NCBI GenBank assembly: GCA_965213675.1
Contig: OZ243916.1
Coordinates: forward strand, 3,808,001-3,872,000
DNA from: an uncultured Candidatus Binatia bacterium
GTDB taxonomy: Bacteria > Desulfobacterota > Binatia > UBA9968 > JAJDTQ01
DNA: 64,000 bases
Direction of reading: 5' to 3'
Positions 1 through 10,946 of this stretch are shown piece by piece (the first letter of the stretch is position 1; the number at the start of each line of letters is the position of its first letter). Under the pieces are notes generated by a model. That model ran no database searches. It saw nothing but the letters and a program-made list of their open reading frames with translations, and had not been told where the DNA came from. The position numbers were made by a program, and so were the translations under genes.

Positions 1-788
1 TGGAGCGCCTGCTTGAAGTTGCGGATGTTGGTGATCTGCGAACCCAGGTGGAAGTGCAGCAGGCGCATCCGGTCCAGCAGCCTGCATTCCTTGAGCAGCC
101 GGGTGCAGTCCAGCAGGTCCGACGCGGTCAAGCCGAACTTGGAGAGGTCGCCGGATGATTCCTCCCAGCGGCCCATGCCGCTGGCGTTGAGCTTGACCCG
201 TGCGCCCAGGCGTGGGCACGGCAACCCCTTGGCGCGCAGCTCCGCGATGAGTTCGTATTCCCGCGGGCGCTCGAACACGACGACGATGTTGTAGCCGGCC
301 GCTCCGGCCGCGGCCGCCAGTTCGAGGTAGGCGGAGTCCTTGTAGCCGTTGCAGATGATCGGACCGGCACTGTCGCGCAGCATGGCCAGGGCGATGCACA
401 GCTCGGCCTTGGTGCCGACCTCGAGGCCCGCGCCGTAGGGCCTCCCGGCCGCGCAGATGCGCGCCACGGTGGCCTTGCGGCTGTTGACCTTGAGCGGATA
501 CACGGAGGTGTAGGAGCCGCGGAAGTCGAAGGTTTCGATGGCCGTCCGGAACGCGCGTTGGAGGGTTTCCATCTGACGGTCGATGAGTTGCGGGAAGCGC
601 ACCAGCAGCGGCGGCCGGACCCCTCGTCCACGCAAGCGGGTGACGAGTTCGTGCAGGTCGACCTTGCCCGCGTTGGCCGGATTCGTGATGACCTCCAGGT
701 GACCCGCGTCGTTCACGTTCACGGAGCCTTCGCCCCAGGAACGCCAGTGTGCAAACGGATCACCGGCTTCCAATGGCAGTCTTTTCAT
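1..788 (-). CDS. speA: Biosynthetic arginine decarboxylase (PLP-dependent), 5' part; runs off the window start
   Basis: Not in the ORF track because its stop lies outside the window. My translation starts MKRLPLEAGDPFAHWRSWGEG and contains YPLKVNS (PLP-lysine motif), GLEVGTKAEL, ICNGYKD, SKFGL and LLHFHLGSQITNI. SD AAGGAGG lies upstream of the ATG at 788. Confidence 0.88.
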   Translation of the reverse strand, partial: MKRLPLEAGDPFAHWRSWGEGSVNVNDAGHLEVITNPANAGKVDLHELVTRLRGRGVRPPLLVRFPQLIDRQMETLQRAFRTAIETFDFRGSYTSVYPLKVNSRKATVARICAAGRPYGAGLEVGTKAELCIALAMLRDSAGPIICNGYKDSAYLELAAAAGAAGYNIVVVFERPREYELIAELRAKGLPCPRLGARVKLNASGMGRWEESSGDLSKFGLTASDLLDCTRLLKECRLLDRMRLLHFHLGSQITNIRNFKQAL

Positions 789-977
789 CGTCCCGTGGTA
801 CCCTCCTTATGGTCTTTCGCCGGATGCTTCATCGGCGTCCGGCCCTGCCTTGAGCCGCCCAAGCCATTCCCGCCCCCCAACGTCACATTCGCTTGCGCGG
901 AACCAGTGAGAGAGGGGCAACAATGCGACGGGCGATTATACCATAGTTCACGGCGATTCGTGGGAGGGAGGGACGAA

Positions 978-3089
978 TCAGCGCGCCAGGCGCAGGGGCA
1001 AGTCCGCTTCCGGCTCGGGCGCGTGTCGTTCGGCCAGGTAGGCGTAGATGGCCTCCTGGGCGTGCGTGCGCTCGTCGCCGTCCGCGGGACGGTAGCGGTT
1101 GCGCAGGTCCTTGTCCAGCACCCGCGCCTTGACGTTGTCGTTCCAGAGGATGTGAAGCAGGTCCTTGAACTGCTTCTTGAGCGCGGGGTCGTAGATGGGG
1201 CAGGCCACCTCGACGCGGTGGTCCACGTTGCGCTCCATCCAGTCGCCGGAGGCCAGGAACAGCTTCTCGTCGCCCCCGTTGGCGAAGGCCATGACTCGCG
1301 AATGTTCCAGGAAGCGATCAAGAATGGCCGTGGCCTGGATGCGCTCGCTTACACGCTTGACACCCGGAACCAGTGCGAACATTCCCCGCACCATGAGACG
1401 CACGTCGACGCCGGCCTCGCTCGCTTCGTAGAGCTTTCGGATCAGGCCGCGGTCTTCGAGGTTGTTGACCTTGAGGATGATTTGGGCGGGCAACCCCTTG
1501 CGGGCATTGCGGATCTCGGTGTCGATGAACCGCGTGAGCTTGCGCCGGGTGTCGTAGGGGGACACCAGCAGGTGCTTGAAGGTGGTGCGGCGGTAGTTGG
1601 ACTCGAGGAAGCTGAAGACCTGCTTCACCTCACCGGTGATGCGTTCGTCCACCGTGAACAGGCTGTCATCCGTGTACACGCGGGCGGTGGTTTCGTTGAA
1701 GTTCCCGCTGCTGACATTGGCGTAGAGCACGGTCTTGCGGTGCGAGATCCGGGAGATGAGGATCAGCTTGGCGTGGACCTTGAGGCCCGGCACGCCGTGG
1801 ATGACGCGTACCCCTTCCTCCTGCAGCCGTTCCGACCAGTAGACGTTGTCCGCTTCATCGAAACGCGCCTGCAGTTCCATGACCACCGTGACCTTCTTGC
1901 CGTTGCGGCAGGCGTTGATCAGCGCGTTGACGATCTTCGAGTTCCGCGCCACCCGGTACAGGGTCATCTTGATGGAACGCACCTTGGGGTCGATGGCCGC
2001 CTGCCGCAGGAACTCGATGAGATAGTCGAAGGTCTGGTACGGGTAGTGCACCAGGATGTCCTGGCGCCGGATGGCCTTGAAGAAAGTGGTGCCTGCGTCG
2101 ATTTGCCTGTGCGGCAGCGGCGGCAAGGGAGCCGCCGACAGCTCCTTCGGGCCGATGCGTGGGAAGCCCATGAAGTCCTTGAAGTTGTGATAACGTCCGC
2201 CCGGGATGAACGGTCCCGACTGATCGTCCAGCCTCATCTTGTCCTTCAGCAGCTTGAGCAGGCGCCGCGGGATCTGGTTGTCATGGATGAAGCGCACCGG
2301 CGCGCCGGACCGGCGCTGCTTGAGGCCCTTGGATATCTTTTCGATGTAGCTCTCGTACAGGTCGTCGTCCAGGTCGAGCTGGGCGTCGCGCGTCAGCTTG
2401 ATGGTGTAGGCTTCGAAGTGGTCGAACGGGAATATCGAGAAAATGTCCTTGAGGCAAAAGCGGATGACGTCGTCCAGCAGGATGACGTAGTGCCGGTCGC
2501 CTGCCTGCGGCAGGATGACGAAACGCGACAACGCGCCGGTGGGAATCTCGATCAGTGCGTACTCCGACCGCCGGGAGCCGCTGTTGTAGAGCCAGATGGC
2601 CAGGTAGATGGCCTGGTCCTTGAGCTGCGGAAACTCCTTCAGGTGATTGATCATCAACGGGATCAGGGTCGGGCGCAGCTTCTGCCGGTAGAACTCCTGG
2701 ATAAAGGACTGCTGATCCCGGTTAAGCTCCTTCTCCGTGATGATGGAGATGCCGTGGCGGCGCAACTCGTCGAGCATGTTCTGGTAGATGCTCTCGAAGT
2801 CGGCCTGCTGCTCCAGGACGATGGCATGGATCTCCTGCAGGATCCGCGCCGGATCGTCGCCCATCAGGCGCTGCGCGCCGGCACCCATCTGTTCCAGGCG
2901 CCGCAGGTGCGCCACGCGCACACGGAAGAACTCGTCCAGGTTGGAAGAAAAGATTCCGAGAAAGCTCAATCGCTCCAGCAGGGGCACCGACGGGTCCGAC
3001 GCTTCCTGCAGGACGCGGCCGTTGAACGCAAGCCAACTGATCTCCTTGTTTCGCAACGGCAGCGTGGATTTTGATTTCCGTCCGGGCAT
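978..3089 (-). CDS. ppk1: Polyphosphate kinase 1
   Basis: 703 aa; EISWLAFNGRVLQEA, PLLERLSFLGIFSSNLDEFFRVRVA, KVHAK and RFLEHSR motifs. Confidence 0.97.
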   Translation of the reverse strand: MPGRKSKSTLPLRNKEISWLAFNGRVLQEASDPSVPLLERLSFLGIFSSNLDEFFRVRVAHLRRLEQMGAGAQRLMGDDPARILQEIHAIVLEQQADFESIYQNMLDELRRHGISIITEKELNRDQQSFIQEFYRQKLRPTLIPLMINHLKEFPQLKDQAIYLAIWLYNSGSRRSEYALIEIPTGALSRFVILPQAGDRHYVILLDDVIRFCLKDIFSIFPFDHFEAYTIKLTRDAQLDLDDDLYESYIEKISKGLKQRRSGAPVRFIHDNQIPRRLLKLLKDKMRLDDQSGPFIPGGRYHNFKDFMGFPRIGPKELSAAPLPPLPHRQIDAGTTFFKAIRRQDILVHYPYQTFDYLIEFLRQAAIDPKVRSIKMTLYRVARNSKIVNALINACRNGKKVTVVMELQARFDEADNVYWSERLQEEGVRVIHGVPGLKVHAKLILISRISHRKTVLYANVSSGNFNETTARVYTDDSLFTVDERITGEVKQVFSFLESNYRRTTFKHLLVSPYDTRRKLTRFIDTEIRNARKGLPAQIILKVNNLEDRGLIRKLYEASEAGVDVRLMVRGMFALVPGVKRVSERIQATAILDRFLEHSRVMAFANGGDEKLFLASGDWMERNVDHRVEVACPIYDPALKKQFKDLLHILWNDNVKARVLDKDLRNRYRPADGDERTHAQEAIYAYLAERHAPEPEADLPLRLAR

Positions 3090-3176
3090 GGCAACACGAG
3101 AGACTACTACAACGAAAAGCTCTGCTCAATTGTGCCGGTACAGGCTTCGCGACGCGTGGTGGAAGGCGTCCGGACT

Positions 3177-4052
3177 CTATCCCACCGCTTCGGCGTGATA
3201 CCGCCGATCATAATAGGCGGCGAGGTCGGCGCCCTTGCCGGGCGGCAACTCGAACGAGACCCGGAGATCCAGCGGCACCTGCAATCCGTCGACGTGGAGT
3301 TCCGTGGCGGCGGGCAGGGAGGACAACTCCTTGGCCGCGCCCTCCTCGTCGAGTTCCAGGGCTTGGCGCAACACCCCGAGCGCCTCCGTCCGGTTGGCCG
3401 GATCGTTGCCCCACCGGGTGGCCTCGGCGAGGCACTTGAGGAAGTTTATCAGTTCCTGCCGGTGGGCCGCCGCCCACGCGGTGGTGATGGCGAAGACCCC
3501 GCCCGGGTAGTTCGGCAGCACTTCGCGGTAATCCGCGATGCGGCGCATGCCTGCCGCTTCCGCCCGCTGGTCCCAAGGCGGGTTCAGGATGCCGGCGAAG
3601 GTCTTGCCGCTTTTCATGGATTCGAAGCGCGGCCCGGTGGCGCCCACCGGGTCCAGTTCGTAGTCGCCGCGCTTCAGGTCCAGCCCGTGAGCCAGCAGGA
3701 TCCTCCGGAGCACCAGGGCATAGGCCGTGTCCACCGCGTCCACCGCCAGCAAGCGGCCGCGCAGATCCTCCCAGTCGCGGATTTCGGGACGCACGTACAC
3801 CGGCAGTCCCATGCGCTCGGACGCCTGCGCCACCGCGTGGATGTCCGCCCTCTCGCGTCCGGACCAGGCGAGCACGTTGTCGAAGGCCGTGGAGGCGACG
3901 TCGTAGGTCCCGTCGCTCAGGCCGCGCATCTGTTGTGTCGAGCTGCGGGTGATGGTGGTCTCTACTTCCAGGCCGTGGGCGGCAAGGATGCCGCGTTGGC
4001 GGCTGATGACCACTGCGGGGTTTTCTCCGAAGGTGATGAAGCGAATGAGCAT
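3177..4052 (-). CDS. ABC-type substrate-binding protein, NMT1/THI5/SsuA-like (no adjacent permease)
   Basis: 291 aa; VRPEIRDWEDLRGRLLAVD, ILLAHGL, ILNPP pattern typical of the family; no obvious signal peptide. Confidence 0.75.
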   Translation of the reverse strand: MLIRFITFGENPAVVISRQRGILAAHGLEVETTITRSSTQQMRGLSDGTYDVASTAFDNVLAWSGRERADIHAVAQASERMGLPVYVRPEIRDWEDLRGRLLAVDAVDTAYALVLRRILLAHGLDLKRGDYELDPVGATGPRFESMKSGKTFAGILNPPWDQRAEAAGMRRIADYREVLPNYPGGVFAITTAWAAAHRQELINFLKCLAEATRWGNDPANRTEALGVLRQALELDEEGAAKELSSLPAATELHVDGLQVPLDLRVSFELPPGKGADLAAYYDRRYHAEAVG

Positions 4053-4225
4053 GCGGGCCTCCAGCGTGTGGGTCAGTCCATGGCGTGTTCGTACACGAAC
4101 CCGCCGGCAACCGCCAGCGCTTCCGGCGCGTCGGCCCGCGCCCGGAGAAGTGTGGGGCGGGCTCGCCCGCGCCGGAGAAGGGGCGGGCTCGCGGCCCGCC
4201 CCCCGGGGAAGAGAACTATTGAGAA

Positions 4226-5829
<1,604 letters not shown>

Positions 5830-5897
5830 TTTGTCCCCCGTTTGAAGTAATTTCCAAGCTCCGCCGTTCACAAGGCGGGCCGGATGCCCTTGGGAGA

Positions 5898-5914
5898 AGC
5901 AAATCAGGTGCCAA
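5898..5914 (-). promoter_or_regulatory. Sigma-54 (-24/-12) promoter of amtB-glnK
   Basis: Minus strand TTGGCACCTGATTTGCT matches TGGCAC-N5-TTGC(A/T) about 70 bp upstream of amtB. Confidence 0.85.
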
Positions 5915-5998
5915 CACGGAAGATGCAAAGCCAAGGCTGGATTGACCGGCGGAGAAGGACGTTTACGCCCCGCCAGCGGCGGAACCCATCGCCGCGCC

Positions 5999-6015
5999 TG
6001 CACAACAAACGAGCA
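5999..6015. promoter_or_regulatory. Putative NtrC-type enhancer (upstream activating sequence)
   Basis: TGCAC-aacaaac-GAGCA, one mismatch to TGCAC-N7-GTGCA, about 85 bp upstream of the sigma-54 site; a second TGCAC half-site starts at 6018. Confidence 0.55.
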
Positions 6016-6205
6016 GATGCACAACGAGCAGGCGGATGAAGATGACGGCCGGGAGCTTGCCCGAGTGGTCGAAGTGGGGGGATGACCCCGGACAGGGCGA
6101 CCGCGAGTGACCTCAACATGGACCGGGGCAACCGGTGCCGGTGCGATGGCCGCTCGCCCATACAGGCGCCGAAACAAATCCCGCAGCGGCGACTGGCGCA
6201 AGTTC

Positions 6206-7960
6206 CTAGCCGGCGCGGAGTCGTTTTCTCAGGTTCGCGTGCTGCTCCTTGATCCCGGCCGGGAGCCGGTCTTCGAACTTCTCGAGGAACTCCGACTGGC
6301 TGCGCAGGTTCGTGCGCCAGCCTTCCCGGTCCACGTGAAGGAGGCGGTTCAGGGCGCCGCTGGCGAGGTCCGCTCCGGCGCAGTCGATGCTCGAAGGCTT
6401 GGGCACGTAGCCGATGGGGGTCTCGTCCGCGCTGCCGCCATCGCGGGAGCGCTCGATGATCCACTGGAGCACGCGCAGGTTCTCGCCGAAGCCGGGCCAC
6501 AGGAAGCCGCCGCGCTCATCTCTCTGGAACCAGTTCACGCGGAAGATTTTGGGCGGATGGGTCAGTCGCTTGCCCATGGAGAGCCAGTGGTTCCAGTAGT
6601 CGCCCATGTTGTAGCCGCAGAACGGCAGCATGGCCATGGGATCGCGCCGCACCACGCCGACGGCCCCGGTGGCGGCCGCGGTGGTCTCCGACGCCAGGGT
6701 GGCGCCGAGGAAGGTGCCGTGGGCCCAGTCGAAGGATTGATAGACCAGCGGAACCAGCTTCTGGCGCCGGGCGCCGAAGAGAATGGCGCTTATGGGAACG
6801 CCCTGGGGGTTTTCGCGCTCGGGGGAAATGGACGGGCATTCGCTGGCCGGCACGGTGAAGCGGCTGTTGGGATGGGCCACGGGGCCCTCTCGGGTGAGGT
6901 GCCACGGACGCCCGCGCCAGTCGGTGACGCGCTCGGGCACCGGATCGTCGTGCCCCTCCCACCACACGCCCCCGTCGGGCTTGAGGCCCACGTTGGTGAA
7001 GATGGTGTTCTTCTGGATCGTGCGCATGGCGTTGAGGTTGGTCCTGGAGTTGGTCCCCGGAACCACCCCGAAGAACCCGGCTTCGGGATTCACCGCCCAC
7101 AGGCGTCCGTCGTCGCCCACCCGCAGCCACGCGATGTCGTCTCCGACAGTGAACACGCGCCAGCCCTTCATGGACGCAGGCGGCACCAGCATGGCGAGAT
7201 TGGTCTTGCCGCACGCGCTCGGCAAAGCGCCGCACACGTACGTGGTCTCCCCTTCCGGACTCTCGATGCCGACGATCATCATGTGCTCGGCGAGCCAGCC
7301 TTCGCGCTCGCCCAGGACGCTGGCGAGGCGCAGCGCCATGCACTTCTTGGCCAGCAGCGCGTTGCCGCCGTAGCCGGAACCTACGCTCCAGATGGCGTTG
7401 TCCTGCGGAAAGTGGCAGATGAAGCGCCGGTCGATGCTCAGGTCCGCCTTGGAGTGGAGCCCGCGGGTAAAGTCGCCGGAATCGCCGAGGTGGTCGAGGG
7501 CGACCTGGCCCATGCGCGTCATGGAGCCCATGCTGAGCGCCACGTAGACGCTGTCGGTCACCTCGATGCCCACTTTGCTGAAGGGGGAGCCCGCTGGCCC
7601 CATGAGGAAGGGAACGACGTACATGGTGCGACCGGCCATGGAGCCGTCGAAGATCACCCGGAGCCTGTCGTAGGCTTCGTCCGGCGCCATCCAGTTGTTG
7701 GAAGGGCCGGCGTCGTCGCGCTCGCGGGAACACACGAAGGTCAGGTGCTCCGTGCGCGCCACATCGTTGGAGGCGCTGCGGTGGAGGTAACAGCCCGGCA
7801 GGCTCTTCTGGTCCAGCGGGATCAGGTCGCCCTCGCGGATCGCCAGTTGTGTCAGCCGCTCCCGCTCTTCCGCTGAACCGTCGCACCAGACGACATCATC
7901 GGGGCGGCACATGGCCGCCGCTTCCTTGACGAACTTCCGAACAGCCTCGTTTACTTCCAT
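6206..7960 (-). CDS. pckG: Phosphoenolpyruvate carboxykinase (GTP)
   Basis: GSGYGGNALLAKKC, WLAEHM, PSACGKTNLAM, GDDIAW, PMAMLPFCGY. Confidence 0.96.
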   Translation of the reverse strand: MEVNEAVRKFVKEAAAMCRPDDVVWCDGSAEERERLTQLAIREGDLIPLDQKSLPGCYLHRSASNDVARTEHLTFVCSRERDDAGPSNNWMAPDEAYDRLRVIFDGSMAGRTMYVVPFLMGPAGSPFSKVGIEVTDSVYVALSMGSMTRMGQVALDHLGDSGDFTRGLHSKADLSIDRRFICHFPQDNAIWSVGSGYGGNALLAKKCMALRLASVLGEREGWLAEHMMIVGIESPEGETTYVCGALPSACGKTNLAMLVPPASMKGWRVFTVGDDIAWLRVGDDGRLWAVNPEAGFFGVVPGTNSRTNLNAMRTIQKNTIFTNVGLKPDGGVWWEGHDDPVPERVTDWRGRPWHLTREGPVAHPNSRFTVPASECPSISPERENPQGVPISAILFGARRQKLVPLVYQSFDWAHGTFLGATLASETTAAATGAVGVVRRDPMAMLPFCGYNMGDYWNHWLSMGKRLTHPPKIFRVNWFQRDERGGFLWPGFGENLRVLQWIIERSRDGGSADETPIGYVPKPSSIDCAGADLASGALNRLLHVDREGWRTNLRSQSEFLEKFEDRLPAGIKEQHANLRKRLRAG

Positions 7961-8253
7961 GCTTTCCCTCTAGTGTCGCCTTTCCGTTTCGCTGGCGCCC
8001 GTCGCGATGGTTTCCCGGCCGCCGCCGGGTTGACCGGGGCGTCGCTCTTGGGGGGAGTGCCCTTGGGATCGTTGGTGATGAAGTGCCCGCAGTTGATGCA
8101 GTAGACCGTGTAGGCCGGCTCCCGTGGGTGGCAGACGGTGTGGAAGTCGCGCTGTGAGCTGTTGATGGTGACGTCGACCTTGTAGAGCTTGATGACGACC
8201 TTGTGGCCGCAGTTCGGGCAGACTACCGTTTCAGGTACTTCCGTTGTGGCCAT
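7951..8253 (-). CDS. Small hypothetical protein with two CxxC(GH) motifs (zinc-ribbon-like) and a basic tail
   Basis: MATTEVPETVVCPNCGHK...YCINCGH; GGGAG SD; overlaps the pckG start by 10 nt. Confidence 0.65.
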   Translation of the reverse strand: MATTEVPETVVCPNCGHKVVIKLYKVDVTINSSQRDFHTVCHPREPAYTVYCINCGHFITNDPKGTPPKSDAPVNPAAAGKPSRRAPAKRKGDTRGKAWK

Positions 8254-8317
8254 CCGAACTCCCAGAAGGCTTGTCAATCCAATGCGCGCCTGATTGCCGC
8301 GCGCCGCCGCACCGGAC

Positions 8318-9436
8318 TCAGCACCAATAGTCTTCGCGGCCTCCCTGAACCCACCAGTTCTCCCGCGCCTGGATGTTCAACTCGAATCCCTTGCCGTGCT
8401 CACGCGCCAGTTCGTACAGTTTCTTGGCCAGGGCGATGTCCACGATGCCCTGACCCCCCTGGTTCTTGTACAGGATGACCTGGTCGTCGCTGGTGCGTCC
8501 CGGCGCCTTCCCGGTCAGGATGTCGGCGATGTCGATGACCTTGTCCCAAGTGATGATGCCGTCCTGCACCGGCCAGTAGATGTCGCCCTGCTGGGAGTCC
8601 ACGGCCTGCTCGCGCGAGAGGGCGACGACGAAGTCGCAGCGCCGCAGGGTGCCGTCGTCGATCTCCCGCCGCGGCTTGTCGAGGTTGCCGCTCTTCACCA
8701 GTTCGATGTTGCTGCCGATGACCGAGATGATGTACTGGCCCGGCTCCAGCCAGGAGCCGTCGATCACTGGCACGTTGGTGTTGGTCATGCACAGGACGAT
8801 GTCCACGTCCTGCGCGGCGCGCGGCGCTTCCGCCACCGGTTCCACCGGCACCTGGGTGACCTCGGTCATCTTCCGGGCGAAGGCTTCCCTGTGCGCCTGG
8901 GTGGGACTGTATACCTTGGCGCTGTCGATCTTCCGCAACTCGGTCAGGCCCACGAAGGTGGAGTAGGCTTGGTTGCCGGAGCCGTAGATGCCGACCGTGC
9001 GCGCGTCCTCCCTGGCCAACCGGTCGAGTCCCGCCAGGCTCGTGGCCGGCGTGCGCAGGTCCGCGACCCCGGCAGCGTGCTTGGGACGATGCGCCATGAT
9101 CCCCAGGAGGGTCCCCGTGTCGGCGTCGTAGACCAGCGCCAGTTCGGTCTGGTCGGGGTTGTAGGGCGGCCGCCGCTGCTGGTCGCCGACGATGGCCTTC
9201 CGGTGCAGCGCTACCTGCGCGCCCACGGCGCCGTAGCTCGACGAACCCCCGGCGTAGATGTTGAGCACGGTGTCGAACGGCGCCTCGGCCACGGTGCGGT
9301 GCAGGTTCAAGCGCTTGCGCGGCGCGTTGACGCCCTCGGCTGTGCCGATCCTTCTGAGCGCGTTCTCGGTAATCGAGACGGCTTCCGGAAAGGGAACCAG
9401 CTCGTCCACGTCCTGAGAATGAAAGAACAGCGCCAT
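8318..9436 (-). CDS. Ornithine cyclodeaminase/mu-crystallin family protein
   Basis: DLRTPAT, Rossmann GIYGSGNQA, YKNQGGQGIVDIALA; start at ATG 9436 after GGAGG. Confidence 0.85.
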   Translation of the reverse strand: MALFFHSQDVDELVPFPEAVSITENALRRIGTAEGVNAPRKRLNLHRTVAEAPFDTVLNIYAGGSSSYGAVGAQVALHRKAIVGDQQRRPPYNPDQTELALVYDADTGTLLGIMAHRPKHAAGVADLRTPATSLAGLDRLAREDARTVGIYGSGNQAYSTFVGLTELRKIDSAKVYSPTQAHREAFARKMTEVTQVPVEPVAEAPRAAQDVDIVLCMTNTNVPVIDGSWLEPGQYIISVIGSNIELVKSGNLDKPRREIDDGTLRRCDFVVALSREQAVDSQQGDIYWPVQDGIITWDKVIDIADILTGKAPGRTSDDQVILYKNQGGQGIVDIALAKKLYELAREHGKGFELNIQARENWWVQGGREDYWC

Positions 9437-9660
9437 GAATGCCTCCACAGTGGCTGACGAGAATTCGCCGGGGCAGGAACAAACAGGTAGAGGCCTGCGC
9501 CGTGAGCCGCAGAACGGACACCTCACCGCCTCCTCCGCCGGGTCGAGATTAATCAATCAGATAGCCCGGCGACGGCGCAAACGCAAGGTGAAGGTCCTGC
9601 CAGGGGCGCGGAACCCGGAAAACGGTGCAATCGACGGGAAACGAAGGATTGCGGGCGCGG

Positions 9661-10488
9661 TCAGAACACCATCTCGATCCTGGATACGCAGCGGAACCCG
9701 TAGTAGGCATGTCCGCGGGCCTGCCGGCCCGGGTCCACGATGCGCCGCGACGTGGCGGTGAGGCCTTCGGGGTCGCTGGAGGCGTTGCCGCCCCGGGCCA
9801 CTCTCGGGTAGGGTACCCGCAGATCCTCGCGCCCGTCCTTGGGGTCATAGGGATAAGAGGTCGCGGTGGAGCGGGTCCACTCCCAAACCTGTCCGGCCAT
9901 GTCCAGCACGCCGTAGGGACTGCGCCCCTTGGGATGCCGTCCCACGGGAACCGACTCGCCGCGCCAGCCTCCGAAGAAGGCCAGCTCCGCCGTGGGCGGG
10001 CCGTTGCCCCACGGGTACAGCCGCCCGTCGGCGCCGCGCGCGGCCTTCTCCCATTCAGCCTCGCTCGGGAGCTTCTTCTCGAGCCACTTGCAGTACGCCA
10101 CCGCCCCGTGCCACGCCATCTCCGAGGCTGGGTGGTCCTGCCAACCCTTCTCCACCTGCCAAGTGTCCCCCACCGGGTGAATGCGGTTGTCGTCATCCAG
10201 CACGTCCAGGTACATCTCGCCCTCGGGTCCCACCGGTCCCTTGGCCTGGATGAACCGAGCGTACTCCTTCATGGTCACCAGGTTCCGGTCGATGAAGAAC
10301 GCGGGCAGGAAGACCTTGTGAGCCGGCCCCTCCCCCGGCGGACCGCCGTCCCGCCCCATGGTGAACTCCCCTGCCGGGATGAGCACCATGCCCGCGTGCC
10401 TGCCTTCGGCGGCGCCGGCCCCGCCGGAGTGGACGAGGACAAGGGCCAACGCGAGTGCTGTCGTAAGGGAGGAAAGTGTGGGTGTCAT
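9661..10488 (-). CDS. Secreted FGE-sulfatase (SUMF1/PvdO-like) domain protein
   Basis: N-terminal signal-like segment; MVLIPAGEFTMG, LPSEAEWEKAARG, YGVLDMAGQVWEW, GFRC. Confidence 0.88.
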   Translation of the reverse strand: MTPTLSSLTTALALALVLVHSGGAGAAEGRHAGMVLIPAGEFTMGRDGGPPGEGPAHKVFLPAFFIDRNLVTMKEYARFIQAKGPVGPEGEMYLDVLDDDNRIHPVGDTWQVEKGWQDHPASEMAWHGAVAYCKWLEKKLPSEAEWEKAARGADGRLYPWGNGPPTAELAFFGGWRGESVPVGRHPKGRSPYGVLDMAGQVWEWTRSTATSYPYDPKDGREDLRVPYPRVARGGNASSDPEGLTATSRRIVDPGRQARGHAYYGFRCVSRIEMVF

Positions 10489-10507
10489 GTCCGTGGCCTG
10501 ACGCGCC

Positions 10508-10615
10508 TCAGTCGTTGAAGGTCTTCTTCAGCTCCGGTTTGTTCGCCTCCGGGATGTCCACCATCTGTTCCACGAGCGTCTGCAAGTCTCCAGGGATAGC
10601 GCGAAGAACAGTCAT
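10508..10615 (-). CDS. Possible 35-aa small protein or gene remnant
   Basis: MTVLRAIPGDLQTLVEQMVDIPEANKPELKKTFND with AAGGAGG SD; ends 19 nt before the FGE-domain gene. Confidence 0.35.
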   Translation of the reverse strand: MTVLRAIPGDLQTLVEQMVDIPEANKPELKKTFND

Positions 10616-10803
10616 GCGTCGCCTCCTTCCGGTGCGTCTGGTGTCCGTTCGGTTCAACCGGCCGGACAGGATACGAACGTCCTGTACCCCACGGACGCCT
10701 GTGGCGCCGGTGTCATGGCACCCCTCTATGTGACTTGTCCTCGGTTTGTCAAGGCAGCCGCCGCGCGCGTCGAACCCGCGCATGCCCGGCACCGGTTGAC
10801 AGA

Positions 10804-10832
10804 TTGACAGTGTCTGGGGCCGAGAGTAAGTT
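10804..10832 (+). promoter_or_regulatory. Putative sigma-70 promoter for the amidohydrolase gene
   Basis: TTGACA-N17-TAAGTT. Confidence 0.5.
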
Positions 10833-10946
10833 CGGTGTCGGTTCGACAGGCTGGCTGGTTTGACGGGCCGGCTGCTTTGCGGCGGCGAGCAACGAGTCGG
10901 GACGACCACCGTCCCTTCATGAAACTCGTCCGGAGGTCCGAAGCCC

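Noticed and set aside
558-3074. 838-aa plus-strand ORF, and similar long antisense ORFs (6107-7876, 23529-25424, 30910-32592, 33637-35844)
   Set aside because: These are shadow ORFs opposite well-supported genes, expected from GC-rich codon bias, and have no recognisable motifs.
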